From Octopus sinensis (taxonomy: Eukaryota), in the NCBI RefSeq assembly GCF_006345805.1, contig NC_043018.1:806001-870000 (forward strand): 64,000 bases of DNA. Direction: 5' to 3'. This document shows, one piece after another, positions 51,118 through 64,000 of the stretch; position 1 is the stretch's first letter, and each line of letters begins with the position of its first letter. The notes below the pieces were generated by a model. The model was given only the letters and a program-made list of their open reading frames with translations. It ran no database searches and was not told where the DNA came from. The position numbers were made by a program, and so were the translations under genes.

Positions 51118-51119
<2 letters not shown>
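50553..51119 (+). mobile_element. probable R4/Dong-type LINE 3' UTR fragment between (TAA)n arrays
   Basis: Unique 570-bp block flanked on both sides by pure (TAA)n and ending CTCTCACTC-AATAATAAT; no ORF seen, so the family assignment is inferred from context. Confidence 0.6.
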
Positions 51120-51179
<60 letters not shown>

Positions 51180-51344
51180 TAGTAATAATAACAATAATAA
51201 TAATAATAATAATAACAATAATAATAATGATGATGATGATGATGATGAAGATGATGATAAACTGAGTGAGAATGGAAGTACGGTTGATTATGAGTACAAG
51301 TAGTTTTAGTAGTAGGAGGTGGACGAAGAGGAGGAGAAGGAGTG

Positions 51345-51385
<41 letters not shown>

Positions 51386-51957
51386 AGTGATAGTAGGAGT
51401 AGTAGTAGTGGTGAGAGTAGTAGTAGTAGTGGTGAGAGTAGTAGTAGTAGTAGTCATAGTAGTAGTAGTAAACCCCATGACTTGAAAAATTAAAAGACAG
51501 TAGAGAGAAGAAGAAGAAGAAGAAGAAGAAGAAGAAGAAGAAGAAGAAGAAGAAGAAGAAGAAGAAGAAACATGACGAGAGCAATTACGGCAACGAGAGC
51601 AATAGCAACTACAGCAAAAACAGCAACAACAACAACGCCAACAACAGCACCAACAATATAGCAATAACAACAACAACAACAATGAGGAACTCGTATGATA
51701 ATTGAATTTGAGCCAAATCTGTTTTCGTTGATAGAATATAATGCATAGAATGTTGTGTAAAAGCAAGACGAAAAGCCCCTTCATGGAAAATAACTGAAAA
51801 TTTAAGCTTTAGTTATATTAAAATTGAATTATAATCCTGTATATTTCGTGTATTGTACAACTTAGCGACAACGTGATCGTTACATTCTTTTTGTGATATC
51901 AAAGTTTCACCGAGTAATTTCATATATAGGAGCAGCATGAGGTATGTAACTCCAGAA

Positions 51958-52392
51958 GGTGCAGGAGTGGCTGTGTGGTAAGAAGCTTGCTTACCGACCA
52001 CATGGTTACGGGTTCAGTCCCACTGCGTAGCAGCTTGGGCAAGTGCTTTCTACTATATCCTCGGGCCGACCAAAGCCTGTTGAGTGGATTTGGTAGACGG
52101 AAACTGAAAGAAGCCCGTCGCATATACATATGTGTGCATGTATATATGTTTGTGTGTCTGTATTTTTTCCCCCAACACCGCTTGACAACCGATGCTGACA
52201 ACTGTGTTTGTCTCCCTAGCATTGCTTGACAACCGATGCTGGTGTGTTTACGTTCCCGTCACTTAACGGTTCTGCAAAAGATACCGATAGAATAAATACT
52301 AGGCTTCCAAAGAATGAGCCCTGGGGTCGATTTGCTCGATTAAAGGCGATGCTCAAGTATGGCCGAATTCAAATGACTGAAACAACTAAAAG
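51958..52392 (+). mobile_element. V-type SINE family B with internal duplication
   Basis: Family B head and core; GCTTGACAACCGATGCTG occurs twice (52180-52245). Confidence 0.88.
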
Positions 52393-52479
52393 AGAGTTGA
52401 GAAGAAATAGTCAAACTAGATCTGTGAATACTGTTAGCCAAAATATTTGCATTATCTAAATCATGCACAACTGGTGTCA

Positions 52480-52870
52480 GATCTGAAACTTTCTTCTCTT
52501 GCCCATTCTCACTTCCACGTATCTGCAAACTTCGCAGCCACCTCATTCATTGGTTCGTCGCACTTAAACTCATTCCCCTTTCCTGCTACCGTCAATATTG
52601 CCGTCTCTTTCCAACACATTCACTGGACTCAACTTGTTATATCTCTCCAGATTTTATTTTAATCTAAAATAATTATTTCCATTAGCGGGCAGTAACACTC
52701 CCGGCCGCCATTCTATTGACATTTCCACCCAACGCATCACGGTCTTCGGTGTGTCTATCGCCTGGGAATTTCTTATCTCTCACCTCCCGTTGTAACAGCA
52801 GTTGATGTTCTCTCTCAGAACCTATGTCCCTTTAGGTCTCAATTCCCGTCCGCAATTCTTTCATCCTCCT
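52480..52870 (+). mobile_element. possible degenerate CR1/L2-type LINE 3' fragment
   Basis: Pyrimidine-rich, CpG-containing block with weak resemblance to a CR1 ORF2 C-terminus; no clean motif. Confidence 0.3.
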
Positions 52871-53035
52871 TATACTCCCTAATCAAATATATATTGTACC
52901 TCATTTGTATATGATCGTGTGCGTGTTTATATATGTATAGGCGTCCATACATCCGTACAAACACAAGCGATCGCATATGCACACATAGTTTTATATATAT
53001 ATATATATAACACATACATATATATATATATATAT

Positions 53036-53077
<42 letters not shown>

Positions 53078-53125
53078 CATGTGTGTGTGTGTGTGTGTGC
53101 AAAGTATGAATAGTGTATTACTTAC

Positions 53126-53220
53126 ATGGTATCTTTCTGTACAGTATAAGTAAATTAAATGTTTCTTTATCTCTTCTAATACCAGGTTTCTTATATATGT
53201 ATGAGATTTGTAATTTGTCA
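53126..53220 (-). CDS. candidate coding exon (TNYKSHTYIRNLVLEEIKKHLIYLYCTERYH)
   Basis: Consensus donor CAT|GTAAGT, acceptor TATCGCTTAG|, 95 nt open, phase 1 start. Confidence 0.45.
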
Positions 53221-53426
53221 CTAAGCGATATAATTGCTTTAACTTTTGAATTTTAGTTTATAATTCCATTAAAGGAAATCATTAGATCATTAAATCAAAT
53301 TCTACGATTAATTATTCTACAATAAAATATACTGAGAAATGTTAGAATGGTATTAGTTTAGGATTCAATAATACACCAGACACTCGATAGGAATAGTTTT
53401 CTCATTGATGTTATATGTATGTATGT

Positions 53427-53592
53427 ATAGGCGCAGGAGTGGCTGTGTGGTAAGTAGCTTGCTTACCAACCACATGGTTCCGGGTTCAGTCCCACTGTGT
53501 GGCACCTTGGGCAAGTGTCTTCTACTATAGCCTCGGGCCGACCAAAGCCTTGTGAGTGGATTTGGTAGACTGAAACTGAAAGAAGCCCGTCG

Positions 53593-53641
<49 letters not shown>

Positions 53642-53872
53642 ATGCGTGTCTGTTTGTATGTCTGTGTTTGTCTCCCCTAGCATTGCTTGACAACTGATGC
53701 TGGTTTGTTTATGTCTCCGTAACTTAGCGGTTCGGCAAAAGAGACCGATGGAATAAGTAGTGGGCTTACAAAGAATAAGTCCCGGGGTCGAGTTGCTCGA
53801 CTAAAGGCGGTGCTCCAGCATGGCCGCAGTCAAATGACTGAAACAACTGAAAGAGTAAAGAGTAAAAAGAGT
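53427..53872 (+). mobile_element. V-type SINE family B, full length
   Basis: Matches the 10987 copy; tail AAGAGTAAAGAGTAAAAAGAGTA. Confidence 0.92.
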
Positions 53873-53977
53873 ATGTATGTATGTATGTATGTATGTATGT
53901 ATGTACGTATGTATGTATGTATGTATGTATGCATGTATGTATGTATATATGTATGTGTCTATATATATGTATGTATG

Positions 53978-54310
53978 CGCATGGCTCAGTGGTTAGAGCG
54001 TCGAGCTTACGATCGTGAGGTTGTGAGCTCGAATCCCGGACCGGGCTGCGTGTTGTGTTCTTGAGCAAGGCACTTTATTTTACGTTGCTCCAGTTCACTC
54101 ATCTGTAGAAATGAGTTGCGACGTCACTGGTGTGAAGCTGTATCGGCCCCTTTGCCTTTCCCTTGGATAACACTGGTGGCGTGGAGAGGGGAGGCTGGTA
54201 TGCATGGGCGACTGCTGGTCTTCCATAAACAACCTCGCCCGGACTTGTGTCTAGGAGGGTAACTTTCTAGGTGCAATCCTATGGTCTGTGTCGTGACCGA
54301 AGGGGGTCTC
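53978..54310 (+). mobile_element. CORE-like tRNA SINE
   Basis: tRNA-like head GCGCATGGCTCAGTGGTTAGAGC..GAGCTCGAATCCCGG; CORE-like segment shared with 305-555; distinct 3' tail. Confidence 0.8.
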
Positions 54311-54603
54311 AGAATGTATGTATGCATGCACATATGTATCTATGTACATATGTATATATATATGTGTGTATGCATGTATAGAAAGTGAACGTAAGGTTTC
54401 GGAGTAAGTATTAGGTGCGTGGGTACAGGGGTGAAATATGTTGCACAAACGCTTACATCCTTGTTAGTGCGCAGCAGTTTCTGCTTGGTCGTTTGTTTAT
54501 GCTTCGGGCAAATTCTATATTGAGTTTTCGTGAAGGAGCCGAAAGTAGATAACTGGTCATACTCATTAACTTAATCATGTGAACATGGACTTAAATCATA
54601 CCT

Positions 54604-54835
54604 ATTTCTTTATTACCCACAAGGGGCTAAACATAGAGGGGACAAACAATGACAGACATAGGTATTAAGTCGATTACATCGACCCCAGTGCGTAACTGGT
54701 GCTTAATTTATCGACCCCAAAGGATGAAAGGCAAAGTCGACCTCGGCGGAATTTGAACACACAACGTAACTGCAGACGAAATACCGCAAAGCATTTCGCC
54801 CGGCGTGCTAACGCTTCTCCCAGCTCGTCGCCTTT
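54604..54835 (-). mobile_element. Meta-type SINE, full length, 18-bp TSD
   Basis: TSD TGGACTTAAATCATACCT at 54586-54603 and 54836-54853. Confidence 0.92.
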
Positions 54836-54872
54836 TGGACTTAAATCATACCTTCAGCAGTTTAGCTAGATT

Positions 54873-55042
54873 CCTAGGTGCTGATATCTTTTAAATATTG
54901 TTATTTTCTAGACTAAACATAACAAACTCTTGCCGCTTTTATTAATAAAGGGCTATGCACTTCCCGACGACTTTATGTAGTAAAGTGTGTCACTTTCCTT
55001 CCATATCTATTGCATTTGCTCCCTCCGCAATTTTGAAGGAAG
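54873..55042. repeat. copy 1 of a diverged ~175-bp local duplication (copy 2 at 56304-56486)
   Basis: CCTAGGT.CTGA.ATCTTTTAAATATTGTTATTTTCTAGACTAAACAT..CCATATCTATTGCATTTGCTCCCTC.GCAATTTTGAAGGAAG in both. Confidence 0.85.
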
Positions 55043-55343
55043 ACAGACGGTTATTGAATTTGGTACTAAGGGGCTCTTAGGACGTTTCTACATTCTTTAG
55101 CATTGTTGGTTGCTTACTTAAGCTATCTTGTTAATTTAAGTTGCTCATTTAGGCCCTCTGTTTTATTTGCAACTGATACTACATTAGAATAGCAGCTAAT
55201 GGAACCTGATAATTTATCACTTTATGTGCATCCTCCATCTAAATAAGTAGTCGACCTCACTACTGAAACTTTTCTACACTAGGCTCAGTGCTTGAGGAAA
55301 CTGTTAAACATATTTTTACGGAAATGTGTTAGTACCGACGCAA

Positions 55344-55707
55344 TGGCCCAGTGGTTAGGGCAGCGGACTCGCGGTTTCGATTCCCAGACCGGGCGTTGTG
55401 AGTGTTTATTGAGCGAAAACACCTAAAGCTCCACGAGGCTCCGGCAGGGGATGGTGGTGATCCCTGCTGTACTCTTTCACCACAACTTTCTCTCACTCTT
55501 ACTTCCTGTTTCTGTTGTACCTGTATTTCAAAGGGCGGCCTTGTCACTCTCTGTGTCACGCTGAATATCCCCGAGAATTACGTTAAGGGTACACGTGTCT
55601 GTGGAGTGCTCAGCCACTTACACGTTAATTTCACGAGCAGGCTGTTCCGTTGATTCGGATCAACCGGAACCCTCCTCGTCGTAACCGACGGAGTGCTTCC
55701 ATCATCC
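55344..55707 (+). mobile_element. SINE family A, 13-bp TSD
   Basis: TSD AGTACCGACGCAA at 55331-55343 and 55708-55720. Confidence 0.92.
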
Positions 55708-56489
55708 AGTACCGACGCAAGATGTTATACTTAAAGAGAAGGTGTGGGAACCACATGACTTCCCGGTAGCATTTACTTTTGGAAAGGTATGTGTCTGATA
55801 TATAGCTAATTCTCTTACTAAAGCCACCGGAGGCCAGAGATTTATTGCATTGTGGGGTAAGAGATTCAAGAATTAATTTAGTTGAAGATAGGTTGGATAT
55901 TCTACTCGTAACTCTTTTTGACAGGTTCCCGAATAATATGGTTGACTGACAGGTGGTTGTGTTCATGTAAGAGAACCTCTTATCGGTTCCTAAATAGGCA
56001 ACGAATTTGACTTACATCTCAGGTCTTTACTGGAAAGGGGCATATCACATGATAATATCCCTTTTACGTTCTTTAGAACACTCACATAGCTAATGTGTCT
56101 TCTCATTTCTTATTACAGAAAGCAATGGCCATAATTTTTCCTTACCTGCCAGCTTATATGAACAAATAGTATTAAGTAACCACTTGAAGCGGTGGAACTG
56201 ACAGAATCGCTAGCACGCTGGGCAAAATTCAGCCGAGGTCAACCTTACCTTTAATATTTTCGGGGAGATCGATAAAATAAGTACAAGATGGACACTGTCG
56301 ATGCCTAGGTACTGAGATCTTTTAAATATTGTTATTTTCTAGACTAAACATTACCAGCTCTTGCTGCTTCTATTAAAAGAGTCTATGCAGTTGCGTACGA
56401 CTTTATTCAGCAAATACGTTCCTTACACGACCACAGGCACCTGGCCATATCTATTGCATTTGCTCCCTCGGCAATTTTGAAGGAAGGAG

Positions 56490-56895
56490 GAATGTGGTAA
56501 GTAGCTTGCTAACCAACCACATGGTTCCGGTTTCAGTCCCACTGCGTGGCATCTTGGCCAAGTGTCTTCTGCTATAGCCCCGGGCCGACCAATGCCTTGT
56601 GAGTGGATTTGGTAGACAGAAACTGAAAGAAGCCTGTCGTATATATGTATATATATATATATATGTGTGTGTATGTGTGTGTTTGTGTGTCTGTGTTTGT
56701 CTCACTAGCATTGCTTGACAACCGATGCTGGTGTGTTTACGTCCCCGTCACTTAGCGGTTCGGCAAAAGAGACCGATAGAATAAGTACTGGGCTTACAAA
56801 GAATAAGTCCCGGGGTCGATTTGCTCGACTAAAGGCGGTGCTCCAGCAAGGCCGCAGTCAAATGACTGAAATAAGTAAAAGAGTAAAGAGTAAGA
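56490..56895 (+). mobile_element. V-type SINE family B (slightly 5'-truncated); a further 3' fragment at about 56925-57125
   Basis: Matches the 10987 copy. Confidence 0.9.
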
Positions 56896-57749
56896 GTATG
56901 TCTTTGTGTGCCTGAGTGTACGTTCTTTTCTCTGTGTTTGTTCCCAAGCATTCGATTGGCAACCGGTGTCATTATGTTTACGTCCTCGTAACAGTGTTTC
57001 GATGCAGGACCTCGATAGAATAAGTACCAGACATAGCAAAAATGTAATAGGGTCGATTCATTCGAATAAGATTCTCAAAAGCGGTGCCCTAGTATGGCCG
57101 CGATCTAATGACTGAAGTAAGTAAATGACGAGAAATATCTACAAGAAATCTAAAAACGTTAAGAAGAAACTGCTAAGTATGGAGACAGATTGTCACTTAT
57201 TTAGTGACTATTAACTAATTTATACCAGGAAGCTTTATGCTGCAACCAGAATAATTACTATGTGTTAGTATTGCTAGACAGGCCTACTGTTAACACGCCA
57301 CATTGTCTTACTATATTTACTGTAAAATAATGTTGAAAATTGCATGGTTAGGAAAATCAATGTTAGTTAATTATTAATATTATTTTAATTATTAATTTAA
57401 AGAAAATCAGTTCAGTTCAATTTTCGGTGTCACTAACAGAAATGCTTCACTAAATTTGAAGATGATAGAGGACAGACCCTTAAGTGGAATACAGTGGACA
57501 CTGGTAGAAGCGTCTAGATGTTTTATTAAAATAGCATTGGTAATAATGTGGAAACATATACTAGCGTGATGAGGGTAAAACTCTCAGTACCTCTGTTACG
57601 TAAGGACAAATACTTCTGACTTTAAGTAACAGTGCTGCTGTAATTTTCCCTCTCGGAAAGAATGCATTCCCACGAATGTCAGTTGTTTATCTGAACGGTT
57701 AAACAGCTCAGTCTATGTAATTTCAAGTTATATGTATACATTAAATTAC

Positions 57750-57865
57750 AAACTCCCGATTGTAATCATTTAGAAGAGATGACCAAACCCAGGTGATTCC
57801 TACAAATAAGGTAGTTGATGATACTTCAGTATCTCTGTCGACAATGCACAAAATAGCAGTGCTAA
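57750..57865 (-). CDS. candidate exon following a ~125-nt intron (frame and donor uncertain)
   Basis: Very strong acceptor TTTTTATTTCTTTTTCCTTTCGTACGTTTTTAG|; phase 1 reading VSTAILCIVDRDTEVSSTTLFVGITWVWSSLLNDYNREF, or ALLFCALSTEILKYHQLPY from an AG 4 nt downstream. Confidence 0.35.
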
Positions 57866-57991
57866 CTAAAAACGTACGAAAGGAAAAAGAAATAAAAATT
57901 GAAGAATTGTTTGGTATTCTATATTATATTTTTTATATGAATTACTTTATACCAATCGGTTATTTATAACGTTGAAACAATTTATTTCTAC

Positions 57992-58183
57992 CTAACACTT
58001 CTATAATTCCCAAATTATTCAACAATATTTTAAAAACATTTTCACCAGCATCTCCATCGCAACATTTTTCAGTCATCCACCCCTTTTTCTCCACGACTTC
58101 TACTTCCAAATGTTTTAGAACAAGAAGAGATAAACTCATTAAATCTCCAAGATCTTCGTAATTTGTTTCTGGTGATTTAAGGA
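57992..58183 (-). CDS. candidate coding exon (LKSPETNYEDLGDLMSLSLLVLKHLEVEVVEKKGWMTEKCCDGDAGENVFKILLNNLGIIEVL)
   Basis: Acceptor AAATTTTTACAG|, donor TAG|GTAGAA, 192 nt, phase 1-1, open in one frame only, natural helical-protein composition. Confidence 0.55.
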
Positions 58184-59219
58184 CTGTAAAAATTTTATTT
58201 ATTTTAGCACTGATATTAAATTTCCACCACACTGAACATGTTGGAAATCTGTGAAGAAATAAATTATTTGTGAAAGCGAAATTTTAGAATTTTCATTTAC
58301 AATAGTGGAAAAACGAAATTTCAAAAACCGATAAAACATAGAAACATAATATTATCTAACAATGAGTCTAAGAAGATTCTGGCAAAATGATTTCTGAATT
58401 TTTAAAAAGAATTTATTTCATCTTAAAATATCTGGCAGAAACATTGTATATCAGATATAAAGTTAAGTAAATGATTTTATGATAAATGATTGAAAAAAAA
58501 AAAAAAAACATATATGGAAATAAAATATGTGTGGTTTCTTAATTTTGCTTTTTATACTCAGCTTTATTTTCATATAGTATTGTTCTTTATTTGTTTTTGT
58601 TGGTCAATTTTCAAGAAATAGTTGAAAACTGCGTGCGGCGTTAAGTATAAAAATGAAATAAAAGAATGCTGAATAAATAAAATGTTACAAGGTAATGTCA
58701 AAAAACTAAATAGATAACTAAATGAATAAAAGCGAACAAAACAAAACAGTTCAGCATTTCACTCTTAGGAAACATGCTGACTCAAGAAACGACGACGATG
58801 GCAACAGCAAAAACAACAACAAACAATTTTTTAAAATATCAATAAAAATGATGATAAAAATTCTAAGAATAACCCAAAATAAAATTAATAATAATGATGA
58901 TGATGACGATGGCTACTATAGCATAAACGTATTTATGTAAATATATGTTTGTCTATCTATATATACGTGTACGTGCGTGTATGTGTCTGAGCATGCGCAC
59001 GTGGGTATATATATATATATATATATATATATACAAATACACATACATAAAAGATAAACTGATATTCATGGACATATATCACTCTTGCCCTCTGTCTATT
59101 TGGATACATACATATGTACATATTTAAAAGTATGCATACATATATGTGCATGCATATATAGATAGATAGATAGATATATAATCACATAGAGGCACAAACG
59201 TGAACACACACACACGCAT

Positions 59220-59261
<42 letters not shown>

Positions 59262-60000
59262 CTCTGTATATATATATATATATATACAGAGTGATAGATA
59301 GATAGCTAGATAAATGCGTGTGTATACATTAAATATATATATATATATATATACATGTATGTATGTATGTATGTATATATTATAATCATATGTCTTTGCA
59401 ATTTTTGAAATTTTTTTCCTCATTATTCGGAGAAACAAAACTAGCTAGGCAAACAGAGCTAAGATAGAACGAAAAACAAAAAATCTGAAGAATTTGTGAT
59501 ATGAAGAAGATATTTTGAGACAAAAAGATAATATATATATATGTGTGTGTGTGTGTGTAAAAAAAAAGGAACAAACACTAAGATCTTATATGATAATATG
59601 ACTATCATCGTCTGCATTCATATCATCAACATCATCGTCACCGTGCTTTTTATCAACATCATCATTGCCAGTTTCTTCATCATAATCATGATGAGCACCA
59701 TGATTGTGATCAACGTCAGGTTTATCGTCGTCATACTCGTTATCATGATCGTCCTTATTGCCATCATAGTCATCACCATTATCAACATCATCCTCATCAT
59801 TATGATAATAATAGTAATAATAATGACAAAAGCATTCAGAGAACGCAATCCTCTACTAAGGCAACACCAATGTCATAGATTAACCAGAGATGGTTTATAA
59901 AATGAAATTATCTGAAATAAACTCGACTGTTCTCACAAACGAGAATGCTAAAAATGAAGCCGACCGCTTTCAAAAATTAAGTAAATGAAGAGATACGGGA

Positions 60001-60165
60001 TCAATTCCAAAACCTAATCATTTCTTGCCACCAGTCATTAGGCCGAACATCCATGAAAGTTTCATCCGAATCCATCCAGCAGTTCTTGAAATATCTTGTC
60101 CACGGACAAACAAACAAACACCACTGAAAACTAAATCTCCGCCTTAGCGAAGGTGGAGCTAATAA
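60001..60165 (+). mobile_element. Helentron/HINE-like 3' end with terminal hairpin
   Basis: ..GACAAACAAACAAACACCACTGAAAACTAAAT-CTCCGCCTT AGCG AAGGTGGAG-CTAATAAT; similar hairpin CCTTCGCCTT CGCA TAGGCGGAGG-TAATAATA at 60519-60545. Family assignment is from memory of similar elements. Confidence 0.4.
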
Positions 60166-60544
60166 TGGTTCATAGATTAGTAGGTTGAAATATGTGTGAT
60201 AATAAGGATTATGTGCCTGCAATCTGTAAAACCTCCTCTTAAAGACTTCATAGATGTCTAACACCCATAATTCACTAACATCACTGTAGATATTAGCAGT
60301 AAACGCAAATAACTAATAAACACTAATAAAAACTTCAAAGCAATAATAAAGAACTAATAAAGACTATCAACATACAAATGCATATTTTATATTTCTTTAA
60401 GGTTCTAAAGAGACACCAAGCATCTGTTGTAACTTTATCATTATCACCCATTTTCTTCTTGTGCTAGTAAGATCATCATTATCATCATCATCTTCTTCAA
60501 ACACGACAGAAAGCAATTCCTTCGCCTTCGCATAGGCGGAGGTA

Positions 60545-60617
<73 letters not shown>

Positions 60618-60759
60618 TAATAATAATGATAATAATAATGATGTGATAATGATAATAATGATGTTGATGATATTGAATATGATATTGATAATAATAATAA
60701 TGATAACAATAATGATGTTGATAATGATAATAATGATGTTGATATTGAATATGATATTG

Positions 60760-60808
<49 letters not shown>

Positions 60809-60824
60809 TAATAATAATACAGTT

Positions 60825-61110
60825 TCAATATCATTAACTGGCTCATTACAGAAATATGCAATCTTGACGAAAAAATACGAAAACTGTTGACAATGCATAG
60901 AATGCACCACCCTAAGGCAGATATAGAACGACCTTATCTGCCAAGAAAAAAAAGTAGGCCGTGGACTTTTACAAATGTCATTAGCAATGAAGATTGCTAC
61001 AGTTGGCCTAGACACCTCACGCATTGTAAGCCGCACTTTAATTTGCAAAAACATTTATCTGCGCGCAGGTTATGCCAACATTTGAAACCAATATTAGAAT
61101 TAGATCAGTA
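60825..61110 (+). mobile_element. R4/Dong LINE internal fragment after a (TAA)n array
   Basis: LDEKIRKLLTMHRMHHPKADIERPYLPRK, a typical post-RT segment of RLE-type non-LTR elements. Confidence 0.85.
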
Positions 61111-61215
61111 GAATTATTAGTACTAGTAGTTGTAGTAGTGATAGTAGAAGAGAACGAGAAATGTTGAATATGAGGATGCAGATTTCTAAAATTATCTAAA
61201 AATTGTATAATAATA

Positions 61216-61248
<33 letters not shown>

Positions 61249-61350
61249 TAATAATAATAATAACAATAATAATAATAATAATAGTAATAATAATAATAAT
61301 AATAATTGTAATATTAATAATAATAGTAATAATAATAATAATAATAATGC

Positions 61351-61385
<35 letters not shown>

Positions 61386-61400
61386 GTAATAATAATAATA

Positions 61401-61451
<51 letters not shown>

Positions 61452-61462
61452 TAATAATAATA

Positions 61463-62764
61463 ATTGCAAGAAGAAAAACAAAAATTTGGTGATGACATGG
61501 GTGGACTACAGGAAAACATATCACATGGTCCCACACTCATGGATTATTGAATGCCTTAAACTGTTTAAAGTCTCCCACGATATACTGAATTTTATACAAA
61601 ACTGAATGACAACGTGTCGAACAGAACTCACATCTTGGATAGATAAGCTGGGAGAGGTAAATATCAAAAGTGGAATCTTTGAAGGGGACAGTCTGTCGTC
61701 TCTCCTACTTGTCGTCTGCACTTTATGAAAGCGTTTTATGAAATATGCGTATGGGATACAAGCTAGGCAGGGTGAATGTAAATAACCTGTTGTTTACGGA
61801 AGACCTAAAGCTATTCGCCATGACTGTAAAAGAAAGTGAGAGCTTAACGGAAATTGTGAAGATGATTAGCAAAGATATTGGCATGGAATGTCGGATCGAG
61901 AAATGTGGTGTAATTATTCTCCAAAGGAAGAAAATTAGTAAAAGCCATGGGATAAAAACTGGAAAGTGGTGAAACTATAAAGGAAATCATTGAAGAAAGA
62001 TATAAGTACCTTGATATCATTGAAAGAGATAAGATGAATGAAGAAAAGATTAAAACATGCGCAGGAAAGAGTATTTGAGGAGAACTTGCTTGTGCTCCAA
62101 TCAAAGCTAAATGGCCGCTATAAGAGTAGAGCAATTAACACGTGGATTGTTGCTTTTATGAGATATGAAGCAGGAATAGTATTTTGGAAAAGCATAAATT
62201 ACAAGAGATAGACTGGAGAACACGTAAATTATAGTCAATGAACAAGGAGCTACAGCCCAAGAGTGATGTGTCAAGATTTTACGTAAAGATAAAAGGACGG
62301 AGATTGGTGTGTTGTGAAGGTTGTGTACGTGAAGAGGAGAATAGCCTAGCTTTGTATCTCAAACGGAGTAAATAAGAAATTATTGAAACAGTAAAAATGC
62401 AGGAAACCTTCAAAGTGAAAAAAAAGCCGTATATCCAATACAATTTACGGAAGACCAGACAGAGCAGATGAAAATTTGGCAGGAAAAGAAAATGCACAGT
62501 CAGTTCTTGAAGAGAAAAGAAACGATTGGAATAGAACCTGGCAAGGGCTGTAGAAAGGAGACTTAAAAGAGCCCACTGTGTCATTAGTGTGTAGCGCTCA
62601 AGAACAAGCTCTCAGAACAAACTACTCCAAATACCACATTGATAAAAGCACTGACTCGAGGCATTATAGGATGTTCTCTGAATAGGGAAAAAGTATAAGT
62701 TGTATTGTTAGTGAGTGCTGTAAGCCCGTACAACGTGAATACAAAAGGAAACACGACAATACGG

Positions 62765-62831
<67 letters not shown>

Positions 62832-63235
62832 TAGCTGTTGTGCGATTAAGCAAAACCCAACCAAATCATTGAGGCGAGACAAGATATTGTGCTCGCATAT
62901 AACGATTAAAAAAAAGGTAAAGATAATAGATGTTGCAATACCAGGCGATTCGAGGGAAAAAGGTAAGAAAACAGAAGAAATTGAGAAATGCCAACCATCG
63001 CAGTTTTCAAGGGCTTTGAGAAACATATTTAGAATATTGAAGCTGCTCTCAGGCTCGAGGTGATCCAGGAGACAGCATTGTTGGGTACAGCTCGCATTCT
63101 AAGGAGAGTATTGTCTGTTTGAGTCACAGGAGAAGGCATTACTTTGAAACCGTTGGTGATTTGTTGTTGCCTGCTTTCAAGTAAAGAATAGCTGCTAATT
63201 AAGAAATAACCGTGAGGCTTTCATAATAGACAAAC
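61463..63235 (+). mobile_element. 5'-truncated, degenerate R4/Dong non-LTR retrotransposon (RT, restriction-like endonuclease, 3' UTR) in (TAA)n
   Basis: NLVMTWVDYRKTYHMVPHSWIIECLK; GIFEGDSLSSLL; NNLLFTEDLKLFA..DIGMECRIEKC; IIDVAIPGDSREK..EIEK; LEVIQETALLGTARILRRVLSV*; many stops and frameshifts; (TA)n insertion at 62768-62829; (TAA)n on both sides. Confidence 0.92.
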
Positions 63236-63288
<53 letters not shown>

Positions 63289-63338
63289 TAATAATAATGA
63301 TGATGATGATGATAATAATAATAATAATAATAATGATG

Positions 63339-63405
<67 letters not shown>

Positions 63406-63500
63406 TAACAATAATAATAAAAATAACAATAATAATTATAATAATAATAATGATAATCATAATAATAATAATATCCTAATCATCATCATTATTGTTACTG
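63236..63500. repeat. (TAA/TGA)n array
   Basis: Directly visible. Confidence 0.95.
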
Positions 63501-64000
63501 CTAAGCTTATTTATTAACATTATTAAATACGAAACAATATTTTTAGAATAATGACTTGAATTTATTTCTTTGAAAAATCGATTTAAACCAAGGAAGCATT
63601 TCAATCCAACACAAAAAGTCAGAGAGCGAAATTTAATGTTGTTTTATGATGATTAAAAAAGAAATCACAACTTATCTCGGCGTGTATATGTGTTTATGTC
63701 TATGCTTATCCGAACCGGAGTTTTATATCTGATCATGTGTGCGTATTCTACGTTGAGAAATTTAATAATAATGACACTGTGGAGTTTTAAGATCTGAATA
63801 AATAACTCGTAAATATTTCTGCGTTTATTGTGCAAATTATCACAGCTTTTGTAAAGTTCGTATAGTAGATAAGTCCAATCAATTTATTTATTAGTCTGTC
63901 ATTACTCTTTCCATCTATTTGTCTATATCTTTACTTCGATTCTACACAATTTGCCCACCCCACTAGACACAGAGACAGACATACATTTCCCTGATGGAAT

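Noticed and set aside
53978-54050. tRNA-like sequence
   Set aside because: It runs directly into the SINE body with no proper acceptor stem; it is a SINE head, not a tRNA gene. The same holds for the other SINE heads.

Overview
Eukaryotic, very AT-rich and repeat-saturated DNA, not prokaryotic. The SINE repertoire, (TA)n/(TAA)n density and LINE relics look like an octopus (coleoid cephalopod) genome; this is an inference from repeat families, not a database match. Almost all ORFs in the supplied track are microsatellite or SINE artefacts. Supported content: (1) at least four tRNA-derived SINE families in about 30 copies, several with clear target-site duplications (TSDs); (2) R4/Dong-type non-LTR retrotransposon pieces embedded in (TAA)n arrays, including a 5'-truncated RT plus restriction-like endonuclease copy at 61.5-63.2 kb; (3) Penelope-like element remains, namely a GIY-YIG endonuclease relic and several pseudo-LTR pieces; (4) mariner/Tc1 relics, a complete non-autonomous Helitron and a MITE with telomeric repeats; (5) a probable multi-exon host gene on the minus strand, with candidate exons from 58 kb down to 19 kb encoding an unidentified, probably helical protein; (6) a 100-N gap. 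The most interesting signal is a set of near-perfect genomic palindromes, two of which carry minimal type I hammerhead ribozyme motifs on both strands, plus dispersed hammerhead variants. Also notable are a TIR element flanked by a 38-bp direct repeat and a Meta-type SINE that appears to target GGTATT sites, including copies of itself.
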